Source of the DNA: Octopus vulgaris
Taxonomy: Eukaryota
Length of the DNA: 64,000 bases
Reading direction: 5' to 3'
NCBI GenBank assembly: GCA_951406725.2
Contig: OX597831.1
Coordinates: forward strand, 56,482,001 to 56,546,000
Shown piece after piece: positions 24,180-36,614 of the stretch. Both the position numbers and the translations under genes were made by a program. The notes beneath the pieces are model-generated. The model saw only the letters and a list, made by a program, of their open reading frames with translations, was not told where the DNA came from and did not search any database. Numbering within the stretch: the stretch's first letter is position 1; every line of letters begins with the position of its first letter.

Positions 24180-24855
24180 ATGGTTTCAAATTTTTCTACA
24201 AAGGCAGCAATTTGGGGGGAGGGGATGAATAAATTACATCGACCCCAGTGTTCAACAGGTACTTATTTTATTGACCCCAGAAGGATAACAAGCAAAGTCG
24301 ACCTTGGTGGAATTTGAACTCAGAATGTAAAGATGGACGAAACGCCGCCAAGCATTTTTCCTGGTGTAGTAACGATTCTGCCAGCTCACCATCTTAATAA
24401 TAATAATAATAATAATTATGATAAAAACTTTCAAGTATAGGCACAAGGCCTGAAAATTGGGAGAAGAAGAATAATTGATTACATCAATGCCAGTGTTCAA
24501 CTGGTACTTATTTCATTGACCCCAAAAGGATGAAAGGCAAAGGTGGCAGTTGAACTCAGAATATAAAGACAGAAGAAATGATACTAAATACTTTGTCCAT
24601 TGTGCTAATGATTCTGCTAGCTTGCCACCATAATGATTAATAATAATAATAATGGCTTCAAATTTTGGCATAAGGCCAGCAAGTTTGGGGGAAGGGGTAA
24701 ATCAATTACATCAACCCCTATACATAACTGGTACTTATTTTATTGACCCCGAAAGGACGAAAGCTAAAGTCAACTTTGGCGGAATTTGAACTCAGAATGC
24801 AAAAACAGAAGAAATGCTGCTAAGCATTTTGCCCAGCATGCTAATGATTCTGCAA
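24180..24855 (-). mobile_element. Three head-to-tail family A SINE copies separated by (TAA)n
   Basis: Units at about 24180-24395, 24425-24630 and 24652-24855. Confidence 0.85.
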
Positions 24856-24960
24856 GGTGGTCATTGTTGCTGCTCTCCTCCTTCACCTCAGCATTCAGAC
24901 CACACAGAAGCAAAAGCAACATACTAACACACTTTTAGTACTTACAATTTTTATGTGTCC

Positions 24961-25210
24961 GTGGCACATAAAAAAAACACCATCCGAGCATGGCCGTTCG
25001 CCAGCCTCGTCTGGCACCTGTGTCGGTGGCACATAAAAAGCACCCACTACACTCACGGAGTGGTTGGCATTAAGAAGGGCATCCAGCTGTAGAAACACTG
25101 CCAGATCTGACTGGCCTGGTGCAGCCTTCGGGCTTCTCAGACCCCAGTTGAACCGTCCAACCCATGCTAGCATGGAAAGCGGACGTTAAACGATGATGAT
25201 GATGATGATG
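24961..25210 (+). mobile_element. Family C retroposon (RTE-type 3' tail AAGGGCATCCAGCTGTAGAAAC...(GAT)n)
   Basis: Other copies at about 7500-7625, 10035-10166, 22525-22740, 36010-36320 (-), 42425-42797 (-). Confidence 0.85.
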
Positions 25211-25456
25211 ACAATTTGTGTATTTGACTAACAGAAAATGTCAACAAACAATATATTAAATCCATTATTGACTACACCAGTCCTGTGAGCTTGAATTTCT
25301 TCACAAACCACAGAGAACAAAAAACAGCACATTGTACACCACATCCACAGATCACTGACACTATAAAACAAAAGCTCTTTCTAGACAAATTTATGTTGTT
25401 CTTACATATGTTTTAAAATAAATTGCCTAATTATAAAAGAAGGAATAGATAATTAC

Positions 25457-25609
25457 TTGCGATTGAAGCCACTTTCAGGAACGATTACATAAGAAGACTT
25501 CAAATAAACACAAATATCAGTGAATTTGTGTTGCTCAATTGCATGTTTTAGTCCAGTGGTAGATAGCTGTTTCACCTCATTAAATTTAGCCATTGCTGCT
25601 TGTGACAAC
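25457..25609 (-). CDS. VPS13: VPS13 exon LSQAAMAKFNEVKQLSTTGLKHAIEQHK...SYVIVPESGFNR
   Basis: 153 nt, CAG/GTAAT, phase 2-2; ORF 25453..25665. Confidence 0.94.
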
Positions 25610-26302
25610 CTGTAGTGAAGTGAAAAAAGAAAAGAAAAGTTATGAGGTCCTTTTGCAATCGACAAAGCGGAAAATATTTTTCATTAATACAAAGATTTTG
25701 ACTTACTTGAGTTATTTAAGTTACTCCCCTTATAGGTTAAACAAATCGTATGGAAGACTTATTCAGAGAACACCTTCTTGATAATGTCCTAAAATCTTGG
25801 GCCCTAGTAAACTCATCACACACATTTTCATTTCTATAGGCCACTCCCATCATCACCTTTCTGCCTTTGGTTTATTCCAGTACCATGATCCCTTTCCTAC
25901 ATGCTACTCCACGAACACAAACTGATTTTCCAACTGGGAGCATTCTCTCCTTTTGGTATCAACAACCAATTATCTTTGCTACTTCTTCCACACCTACACC
26001 CCTCAATAGATATAAATGCACAAACTCACACAATCAGCTCACCAACACATGTGCTCACTGCTGCTACTAATTTCTTTTTTTGCACATATCCAACATTTTT
26101 ACTTAATATCCATCTTCACTACTCCAGAAAAAATAGATCTGCCAAAGCCATTTTCTTCATCAGTACTTACTGTGGCTAAAATATTTAATAAATCTCTTAA
26201 TTTCTTTTTAAAAATCTGAATAATTGAGACATTTTCTACTAACTATGTGATTTTTTTTTATCACACAAAAAAATTTAATGAAAGTAAGTAATTCACACTA
26301 AC

Positions 26303-26361
26303 TGTTTCAAATAGACTGATTCGGGTGGTTTGAAAAATACAGCCAAGGCATTGACAGTTAC
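26303..26361 (-). CDS. VPS13: VPS13 exon VTVNALAVFFKPPESVYLK
   Basis: 59 nt, TAG/GTTAG, phase 0-2. Confidence 0.93.
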
Positions 26362-26519
26362 CTAGAAAAAATAATAACAATGTGAATGAAATGTTCTGTT
26401 TTAAATATGAAAATGACAAAAACAATACATTATAGAAAATGATTTCAAAATATATTTCAGTTTTAATAGATACAAATATCTGGTCCCAAAGAGAAAGAAT
26501 ATATAAGAGAAAGAATATA

Positions 26520-26882
26520 TATATAATAATAATATATATGTATATATTGTTATATATAACAATATATACATATATGTATATATTGTTATATATAACAAAA
26601 TATACATATATATATTGTTATATATAACAATATATACATATATATATTGTATATATAACAATATATATGTATATATTGTTATATATAACAATATATATAT
26701 GTATATATTGTTATATATAACAATGTATATATGTGTATATATTGTTATATATAACAATGTATATATGTGTATATATTGTTATATATAACAATGTATATAT
26801 GTATATATTGTTATATATAATGTATATATATGTATATATTGTTATATATTACAATATATACATATATATATTGTTATATATA
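26520..26882. repeat. AT-rich minisatellite, about 29-33-bp unit (ATATTGTTATATATAACAATAT core)
   Basis: About 11 units, each with a palindromic core. Confidence 0.9.
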
Positions 26883-27506
26883 GAATGAAGTTACAGAGAG
26901 AACTGTATAAGATTAAATATGATTAATACTATTGAACAACAGTTTGAACTGTTGTCAATTAGTGGTGAAAGAGCGAAGAAATTTGTTGAATCTTCCTTCT
27001 TTATTTCTCAAAGATTTAGTACAAGATATGAAGTTGAGTGGGTGGCAAGAGTGTGAAGGAAGAAAGAAGTCTGACTAAATTTAAAGAAAGATAGTATAGA
27101 GTAAATAAATATAGTAAAAGATGAAGACAAATAGCCTGAGGGAAAGATTTATCTAGCAGAACATTGTTATCAAACAACTAACTTTTTTAACATGTTTATT
27201 GTTTTAGGAAGATGAATCTTTTCTTTAGTATCCTGATTATATTTTTTCCGTAAATAAAATTACATTTTAATCAATACATTCTGGTTCTTCTTTTTCAAGT
27301 GCCATTTTTTAGTCTGTCTTTTATGTGTTACTCATTTTAGTCATTGGGTTGTGGTCATGCTGGGGCACTGCCTTGAAGGGTTTAGTAAAACAAATCAACC
27401 TGAATACTTATCTTTTAAAGTCTGGTACTTATTCTATTGGTCTCTTGCTGAACTGCTAAGTCATGGGGATATACACAAACCAACACCGGTTGTCAAGTCT
27501 GTGTCA

Positions 27507-28032
27507 TTAACCCTTTAATATTCAGATTACTCTGCCAAATGTAATGCTTATATATTCATATTCTTTTGAATAAATCATAGTTTATCTCATAGCTTCAAGA
27601 TTTAAATGATGTGAGGTGCAGGTGACACATAAAAGGCACTGTACTGGTGACATGTAAAAGACACCCATGCCAGTGATATGTAAAAGATACCTGTGCCAGT
27701 GACACATAAAAGGTACCCATGCCACTGACATGTAACAGGTACTCATGCCAGTGATATGTAAAAGTCACCCAGTACACTCTATGGTGTGGTTGGCTGTAGG
27801 TAGGGCATGCAGTCATAGAAACCAAGCCAAAACAAACTGGAGCCTGGTGCAGCTCTCTGGCTTACCAGCTCCAGTAAAAACATCTTGCCATGCCAGCATG
27901 GAAAACGAATGTTAAATGATGATGATTATTATTTATTTTTAGAATGACATTGTAGGATAGGTGTGAAAGGCCAGATCCAGTCAGTTTGAACATAAAACAA
28001 GTAGAATATTTGGGACAGATATGGCTGGTTAA
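27507..28032. mobile_element. TTAA MITE interrupted by a family C retroposon (about 27616-27926)
   Basis: Starts TTAACCCTTTAATATTCAGA; MITE sequence resumes after the (GAT)n tail. Confidence 0.8.
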
Positions 28033-28676
28033 AACTTTCCAAAAATCCTTCATTCTGACCTTTAGAAACTACCCAGTCCTTTCTTTGTAAGACTTTTCAC
28101 ATATGTGTGGAATGTTATAAGAACTGAATTGTGTGCCTGCCACCTTGGTGAAAAAAAAATATGTAAAATGTGGTGTTACTTTTGAACATCTCTCTGATGT
28201 TCTGATGTTTTGTAAATTTTGAAATTTCCTAGCCAGTCTTCTTCAGTGAGGTGAAGTCACAGTAGATTTTGTTTTAGCTTTTTGTATGTTATTGAAGGCT
28301 TTACATGATGAACTAGGGATTTGTTTTTTTAGATTACTTATTTGTTTTCTTTACTGAAAAACCAACCATCACAGAACTGTGGGATGCTTCGAACATCAGG
28401 AAAAAAATATGTACCCATAAATCAGTACAAGTACAATATGCTAACAACTATTTCTTGTTTTGTTTTGGAGAACTATTTTGTAGTTTATTGAATTAAAATC
28501 ATTAAATAAACTGTCAATTTATTTTATTAACACCAGAATATAAAAGGTAAAGCCGATTCTAGTTATCATACAGCATTTATAGTAAGGCAGTATACTATCT
28601 TAGCAACCTCTAATGTTCTCTTGTGGTTAAAAATATTGAATCCTTTAATTTACAATACATCTAATAAGTACATATC

Positions 28677-28712
<36 letters not shown>

Positions 28713-28798
28713 GGAGGGAGAAAGAGGAAGGAGAGAGAGAGATGAACATATAATTAATTAAATTTCTAATAACAAATAAGATTTAAAAGATAACTTAC

Positions 28799-28997
28799 AG
28801 CATCATAGATTATCTGTAGAGGCTCAGCATTCACACTAACTCTAGTATCACAGCTATCATCAAGAGGATTGGTTTCAAATTTGACAGACAACAGAGGAGA
28901 TGAATCTCCTTCAGTCATCTTTGAGTTCATCATTTTTGGGACGAGTTTGTTTTGTGGTGACCCAAATATCGTCAGTTGCTTCATAGAAGTATTGACT
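28799..28997 (-). CDS. VPS13: VPS13 exon VNTSMKQLTIFG...LLSVKFETNPLDDSCDTRVSVNAEPLQIIYDA
   Basis: 199 nt, CAG/GTAAG, phase 2-0; ORF 28766..29029. Confidence 0.95.
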
Positions 28998-30966
28998 CTG
29001 AGAATAAAAGTCAAAGAGAGATTAAACATTAACAGCCTCTTAGACTAAATTATCAGTAAGTGTATGACTAATATAACGGTTTCAATTCTGGCACAAGGCC
29101 AGCTATTTTGGGGAAGGGGGCTACTTGATTACATTGACCCCAGTGTTCAACTTGTACTCATTTTATTGACCCCAGAAGGATGAAAGGCAATGTCGATCTC
29201 AGCAGAATTTGAACTCAGAATGTAAAAATGGGTAAAATGCTGCTAAACAGTTTTCCTAGTATGCTAAGAATTCTGTTTGCTCGCCATCTTAGTATAACTG
29301 ATATAATACAAATATTTAATCAAATTTTACTTGCTCCATGATAAGGTTTGCTACCTACAGGTCAAGCTAACAATAAAAAATGCCTCACAACGTAGTTATT
29401 TTGATCCCGAGTGATATCGCATTAGCATTAACATAGTTGGAGTTTTGTAATCTCTTGCTTTTGTACAGCTCTATATGTTAGTGTTACATTTACAACAGAA
29501 AGTGGGGCAAATTGCTGGAGAGGAAGCTAAAACTTTCCCTTAAACTAGTCAAATTCCTAATGCATTGCCATCATTTCATGTAATGTTTTGGTGAACAGAC
29601 ATATCAGTATAGTGTTATAATGAGATGAATATGCAACTAAATGGTAATTTCAAAATCAATTCTGAAAGGGTTATTGAAAAGTTAGAGTAGAAATGAAGTA
29701 TCTTGCTCAAGGACATAACATACTGCCAGGAATTGAATTCATGACCTTATGACCATGAGCCAAAAGCCCTAACCACTAAGCCACACATGTTCACAACATG
29801 CAAGTGGCCAAGAGCTCCACAGACATGTGGAGTTCTCTTAGTTCTCAGGGAGATTCAGCATGATACAGAAAATGACAATGCTGGCCTTTGAAATAAGGGT
29901 ACTGCACATTTTTTCCAGCTGAGTGGATTGGAGCAACATGGAATAAAGGGTCTTTTTTTTTTTTTTTTTTTCTAGTTTCAGCTCAGAGCTGCGGCCATGC
30001 TGATGCACCGCCGTTAAAAGGAAAATAAACTACCCATATGACAATATTCGTTTCTACTCTAGACACAAGGTCCAAAATTTTGGGGGAGGGGACCACTCGA
30101 TTAGATTGACTCAGTACGCAACTGGTACTTAATATATTCCCCCCCCCCAAAAAAAAGGATTAAAGGCAAAGTCGACCTCAGCGAAATTTGAACTCAGAAC
30201 ATAGAGACAGACGAAATACCGCTAAGCATAGCGCAGGACGCGCTAATGTTTCTGCCAGCTCGGTCTTGTTCAAGTATACAATGTGCCACCAATAATGAAC
30301 TCACAACCTTATGATTGATAGTCAAAAACTCTAACCACCAAGCCACATGCCTTCATTGGACACATGCTATGTGTATGAAAATTACAGTTAGGTAATTAAG
30401 TGTCAAGTGATCTGAGTGGATGGCACCCACAGAAGGAGGAGGATATGAATGACACGAGAAATGGTGAAGGCTGTGTTCAAGAGTCATAACATCACAAAGG
30501 AAATGACAAGGGACCATAATATGTGACAAAATATTGTACTGGAAAAGACCTAACAAAGCCATGCAAATATGGAAAATATATGTAAAAGGATGATGATTAG
30601 CTAATAAAGGTTTTATAAAATATTTAACACTCCTTTTACAGTACATGAAAAAGCCAATTCTAAATGAACTTTTAGAAAATAAAATAATTTCATGTAAATA
30701 ATCAACTATTTCAAAAACATAGATTAGAATATAAACATTTTAGAAGACCAATTTGTTAAATTATCAATTGTGATAATCATAAATATTTAGTGACTGGCAT
30801 GAATACCATGCTTTAGTATATTATGTTATACTGTTGTCTGGTTTGGATTACAAATGAAATCTAAATTGAATTTCATTCCCAGGAATGATTCTAGAATTAT
30901 TTCTAAACTACTACAAATAGTCAAGTTAAATAATGGACATTAAAATAAAAAATGCAAAATACTTAC

Positions 30967-31044
30967 AAAATGGCATTAGCAGATGGCCTCTGGGATACAG
31001 ACGAAAACACTTCATTCAGCTGCAGCTTCATAATATCAAAGTGA
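30967..31044 (-). CDS. VPS13: VPS13 exon HFDIMKLQLNEVFSSVSQRPSANAI
   Basis: 78 nt, CAG/GTAAG, phase 2-2; QRPSA motif. Confidence 0.92.
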
Positions 31045-31221
31045 CTGTTAAAAAGGTAAAAAAAAAAAAATTACAATAATATTAACTGCACAGTGTAGAC
31101 AACTCTGTATTGGCATTTAAATCAATTTCATTGAAATAAGTTGAAGATATTGAGAAAAGCATATCACAAATCTTCAAGCAAAATTGCATGAAAAGATTGA
31201 AGGGAAAAAATGGTTTCTTAC

Positions 31222-31289
31222 TTTTTGTCATCATCTTTGATAACAACAGCTAGACAGTTCAACTTGGTGACCAATTGGACAGCAATGTA
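31222..31289 (-). CDS. VPS13: VPS13 exon YIAVQLVTKLNCLAVVIKDDDK
   Basis: 68 nt, CAG/GTAAG, phase 0-2. Confidence 0.9.
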
Positions 31290-31777
31290 CTGAAGTTTAA
31301 TATTGAAATGATACTTTAATGGAAATATTCAAAGTGGTTCTGAACAAAACTTTTTTTTTTTTGCATTAGTTATTGCTCTCCCACCCCCTCTCTCTCACAC
31401 ACACTCATCTTTAAAAAAATAGTATTTTTAAGAATGGACTTCTTTAAACAATCCATTTAAACACCCAACTGAGTTTAGCAAATTTAGATATTATTTACAT
31501 CAAATAAATGTAGTTTCTTTCATGCACTGCTCTTCAATCATTAGCCAGTATTGATTTTTGAATGCTTGTGAAGATATCTTGTAACAGATATGTTAATCAA
31601 AATTGATTAGGTCCATCAAACTGCATATACATCTATACAAGCATACACTTACATGATCATTCAATGCAGATTAGGAGTTAGAGCAAAAATATAGCTAACA
31701 AGATTGGATCAAGAGAAACACTTTTCTTTTCGTGTCCCCCTAAAACAAACGCTAATGCAATAAATTGAAAACATTAC

Positions 31778-31878
31778 CTCTTTTGGGAAAATGCCTTCAT
31801 TCACATTTTCTTCATAACCAATGGCATTGTAGAGACGGGCCTTTTCTTCAGGTGTGTACAATTCATAGAACTGATCCT
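31778..31878 (-). CDS. VPS13: VPS13 exon DQFYELYTPEEKARLYNAIGYEENVNEGIFPKE
   Basis: 101 nt, TAG/GTAAT, phase 1-0. Confidence 0.94.
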
Positions 31879-32716
31879 CTACAAAGAACAGAACATGTCA
31901 AAGACATCAGTGTTATCGCTGCCAAATGTTTTAAAATCAATAGAATAACATTTTTGGCTGTTGAACAAGTTTTCAACAGTTTGGTCTGCATTTGCCAACA
32001 GGGCACATATTTGTTATGTTGTTGTTTAACTCTAAGTTGGACCTGACTGGCCAAACCCATGATCAAAAGCAATTGATCCATGAACACCACATGTTTCTGA
32101 TATATCTAGACTAAATTCTTGAAAGGATTCTTCCTTTTAAGTGATTTTGAGTGAGATTTGGTTGCTATTTCTAACAGGTCGAGCAACCACATTGTAATCT
32201 ATCCCATTGACTTAATAAATTTTATGTTTTTGTACATGTGTTCAAACTGGGACTGGATTCACAAACCAGTTTGCACATGATTCCAATGGACTGCTTCCAC
32301 ACAGGGGTTTAATCCCATATAATAAAGCATGCTCTAAAGCAATTGGTTCTCAAACTGAGAAATATCAACTCCACCTCAACAAAAGGAAATTTATGAATGA
32401 ATCTTCAATCCAATGTCCACTCCATCACTATTAATATGGGGTCTAAGTACAGTCTCTGCATGCATTTAATTCTTTTTAGTTCACCATGCCTTTGAAAAGT
32501 TTAAAAAGTCAAAATCCATAGTAATTTTATAAAACAAAGCAATTTGTTGATCCACCTTTCAATCCCTCAGCCCCCCCCTACTCATCTCTTTTGAGCAACA
32601 CTGGTCTACTACATGAAATGAAACCTTGTGCATTCAATTTCAGTTTGAACATATTTACATAAAGGTAAAGTCTGACAAAAATATACCAAACTGTTCAAAA
32701 TAATATTTTACAAAAT

Positions 32717-33093
32717 GGAAGCACCCGTCGGTTACGACGACGAGGGTTCCGGTTGATCCGATCAACGGAACAGCCTGCTCGTGAAATTAACGTGTAAGTG
32801 GCTGAGCCACAGACACGTGTACCCTTAACGTAGTTCTCGGGGATATTCAGCGTGACACAGAGAGTGACAAGGCCGGCCCTTTGAAATACGGGTACAATAG
32901 AAACAGGAAGTAAGAGTGAGAGAAAGTTGTGGTGAAAGAGTACAGCAGGGATCACCACCATCCCTGCTGGAGCCTCGTGGAGCTTTAGGTGTTTTCGCTC
33001 AATAAACACTCACAACGCCCGGTCTGGGAATCGAAACCGCGATCCTACGACCGCGAGTCCGCTGCCCTAACCACTGGGCCATTGCGCCTCCAC
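32717..33093 (-). mobile_element. Young tRNA-derived SINE, family E
   Basis: Head GTGGAGGCGCAATGGCCCAGTGGTTAGGGC...GGTTTCGATTCCC; CpG-rich; 12-bp TSD ATTTTACAAAAT (32705-32716 / 33094-33105). Confidence 0.92.
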
Positions 33094-34122
33094 ATTTTAC
33101 AAAATAGATGAAGTCTAAAAGAAAATCATTCCAGCAGTATTATTTCTATTTAAATATTTTTACATATGTTATTTTGTATAAGTTGATGGTTGTGCATATT
33201 CAAATATTTACATGTTGGCTCAGGATTACTTTTCCTGAGAGGAACCAAGCAAGTTTTCAATTGATTAACTAAAACAAACTGAATAATATCTGAATGAAGG
33301 TACTTGGAAAGATTAATAATTTTATGGTAAACAAAATTTAGTAGAAGCAAGCTCCTGGTTAGAATTGTTTTGAAGAAATCATGAACTGTACATAGTTTTT
33401 ATGTTGTTCCTCAATGTATCTAAAGCCCTAAGCCTATGTGACAGATGTTTTTAAGGATTTTAAAATCTTCATCTGTCTCATAGGTTCAATAAAGCTGAAA
33501 CAAATATTTTTCCCCTAGAAAATAAGGGAGGAAAACTGGGAGGAAAATTAAGAATGAGATGGTTGGATGGTATCGATAGTCTTTGTTGGTCATTCTTGGG
33601 AATCCAGCTGGAAAGCGTAATGACAGTTGCTTCTGATAGGACCTTATGGAGGAGGTGCCTGAAGGTTTTACTCTCATGACACTTCCAAGAATAATGGGCA
33701 AAAAAGATGGATGGATGGACATGATATGATTTGTCTTATACTAGTAGTTCACTGACCAATGTTCCATTGACCAAAATACTTACAAATTCAGACAATTATT
33801 AAGAGAACAACTGCTGTAATCTATTAGCTTCATTAAATGTTTACCTTTCCTTTATTTTCTAATGTATAGAAAATAGATATATATTAATTTGAATATTATC
33901 TGATCATGTTTTCTTTTGGTAACTTTAACTTTTACAGCCTTCTATTCCAACATTTGCTTTGATGCTCTTATGGAATATATTTTTCAGGTTTACTTATCGT
34001 AGGGCTGAAACCTACATGTTTAGTGAATGAAGGTAAAGTCTCAGTCAGCTCTTCACACAAATCAGTAGCAAATTCTCATTTAGAGAATGGTTAAAAATTT
34101 AAATGCGCTATCGCAAAATGTA

Positions 34123-34445
34123 TGGACGCGCAATGGCCCAGTGGTTAAGGCAGCAGACTTGCTGTCGGAGGATTGCGGTTTCGATTCCCAGACTGGGCGT
34201 TGTGTATGTTTATTGAGCGAAAACACCTAAAAGCTCCACGAGGCTCTGGCAGGGGGTGGTGGCGACCCCTGTTGTACTCTTTCATCACAACTTTCTCTCA
34301 CTCTCTCATCCTGTTTCTTGAGTAATGCTGCGAAGGACTGGTGTCCCGTCCAGCTAGGGGGAACACGTATGCCACAGAAACCTGGAAACCGGGCCCATGA
34401 ACCTGGCTAGGCTCGAAAAGGACAACATTTATCGTTTATCGTTTT
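34123..34445 (+). mobile_element. tRNA-derived SINE with the family E head and a different 3' half
   Basis: 14-bp TSD TATCGCAAAATGTA (34109-34122 / 34446-34459). Confidence 0.9.
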
Positions 34446-34552
34446 TATCGCAAAATGTAAAGCAACATTTGCAGGGTGATACAACACTTGACATACAATA
34501 CTTGAGACACTATTGAAAAAGAAAAGGAATTAAAAATAAAATAAAAGCTTAC

Positions 34553-34661
34553 GTATTCCTTTGCTCTCATGTCTTTGTGGACTTGATGCTTCAGAGCTAA
34601 ACCAGCCTCCAAACCACCCTTTACTCTTCTGGTTGGCTTTGACAATTTCTAGTTTGGCAGC
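34553..34661 (-). CDS. VPS13: VPS13 exon AAKLEIVKANQKSKGWFGGWFSSEASSPQRHESKGI
   Basis: 109 nt, AAG/GTAAG, phase 0-1; GWFGGW motif. Confidence 0.92.
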
Positions 34662-34771
34662 CTTTAAAAGAAAGTTTTCTCCAGTTAATGAAGTCTTGCA
34701 GGCTTTAAAAAAGGTGTAATTTGAAAAGAAACCTTAATTCTTCACATTATGGTTACATCAAGGAAACTACT

Positions 34772-34993
34772 GAACCCTTTTGCATTCACATTTTTCTGTC
34801 AGAAGTAATGCTTATTTATTCTCAGTTTTATATTAATCCTGCATTATGTTGTGGCATTGAGATTTTGAAGGGATAACTTAATTTTTAGAATGATACTGAA
34901 GGGTTGGTGTGAGAGGCCAGATCTGGCCAGTTTGATCATAGAACAGGTAGTATATTTCGGCTGAGTGTAGCTGCTTTAAATGCTAGAGGGTTA
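34772..34993. mobile_element. TTAA MITE, diverged
   Basis: Homology to 10762-10989. Confidence 0.75.
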
Positions 34994-35482
34994 GACCTTC
35001 CATGAACACGAAGAAAATATGCTTAAAGGTTTTCTCCACAATAATGAAGATTAAAATCAGTCCTAAAACAAGATGTTTTCTAAATTCCTTTTTTGCATTT
35101 TATTGTCTCTTCCACAAATCCATTAAGCAACAAATAAAAGGTATAGAATGAAAAATGAAAATTCTAACATTGAAAATATTTTGCAGTAAAACAGAAGCTG
35201 TTACTCATATATTAAAACAGTGCGCAGTAGAAATAACTATTAAGAGAGTTTAGTCTGTCTCTACTCTTTTACTTGTTTCAGTCGTTTGACTGTGGCCATA
35301 CTGGAGCACCGCCTTTAGTCAAGCAAATTGACCCTAGATAACATATTAGCACATAATCAATCAAAAAACCTTAGTATTTTGTCCTCTCTTTTCAATTTGA
35401 TCTTTTGTAGAGAGTAAAACTAAATTATCAAGATTGCTTAAAATATTTTATTTTACTTGTACATAAATATCTAGTGGAGATA

Positions 35483-36614
35483 GGAATTTCATAAAAAGGC
35501 AAAAAAAAAAAAAGGAGTGGATAAACAATCGACAAACATCAGCCTGTAAACATTCAATTATATCTAAGTTTTACCTATTTTTTCTTTCATTGATGTACAT
35601 ACATACTGAATTTCCCCAAACAGGTTCACATTAAGTTAACTTTGCCAATTCCTTTTATGATGCTCTATTAAATAGCAGTTAGCCACTAACTTCTAATCCC
35701 TGTGATATGGACCATTCCATTAAACTCACTCCACAACGTCTTACCCTTGTTATTTCCCCAGTAAAATTGAAATACGATGTAACTCTCATAACCTGCGGAA
35801 ATTACTCCTAGAAGTGACTTTCTTTACCATAAGATGTAATCCCATGGATTATGATATCACCTTAGAATTGATGTTCTTACCATTCCTTACTATTTATATT
35901 ATGTTATTTTATTTTTATTATTTTACCCTACTTCTTCACATGTTAGATTCATCTCTCTGATGGAGCGTTTGGGCTCAATCATTGTCTAACCCTTGTCCAA
36001 TGTTTGTTCATCATCATCGTTTAACGTCTGTTTTCCGCGCTAGCATGGGCTGGACGGTTCGACCGGGGTCTGGGAAGCCAGGGGCTGCACCAGGCTCCAG
36101 TCTGATCTGGCAGTGTTTCTACAGCTGGATGCCCTTCCTAACACCAACCACTCCGCAAGTGTAGTGGGTGCTTTTTACGTACCACCGGCACAGGTGCCAG
36201 GGGAGTCAGGCATCAGCCACGATTGGTTGGTGCTTTTAATGTGCCACCGGCACGGAAGCCAGTCAAGGCGGCGCTGGCATCGGCCACGTTCGGATGGTGC
36301 TTTTTATGTGCCACCGACACAACCTTTGTAAAATCCCTGGATATCACTTGCATGATGTGGAAAACTTGGCAGAGTCGGAAACCCCATGGTAGAAACAGCT
36401 GTAAGAGTTTAGTATTTGTTTACTCATTTATTCTTATTCGTTTATCTTTATTCATCTATTTGTTTACTTATTTACTTGCTTATTTCATTCATTTATTTGG
36501 ATCACTTATACACATGATTGTAATCAATTAATAAATTAGATATAATCGAATGTTTACAGGCTGATGTTTGTCGATTGTTTACCTTCTCCATTTTCTTATT
36601 TGCCTTATAAATCC
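35483..36614. repeat. Inverted repeat pair about 1 kb apart, enclosing a family C retroposon
   Basis: 35522-35567 versus 36536-36581: 46 bp, 1 mismatch; weaker similarity extends outward. Confidence 0.85.

Noticed and set aside
27620-27775. About 30-bp repeats resembling a CRISPR array (also about 42585-42797)
   Set aside because: Eukaryotic context, no unique spacers and no cas genes; they are internal tandem repeats of the family C retroposon.
33020-33093. tRNA-like sequence (also at 34123 and in family A and B heads)
   Set aside because: These are SINE heads: they continue into repeat bodies and, where checked, sit inside TSDs.
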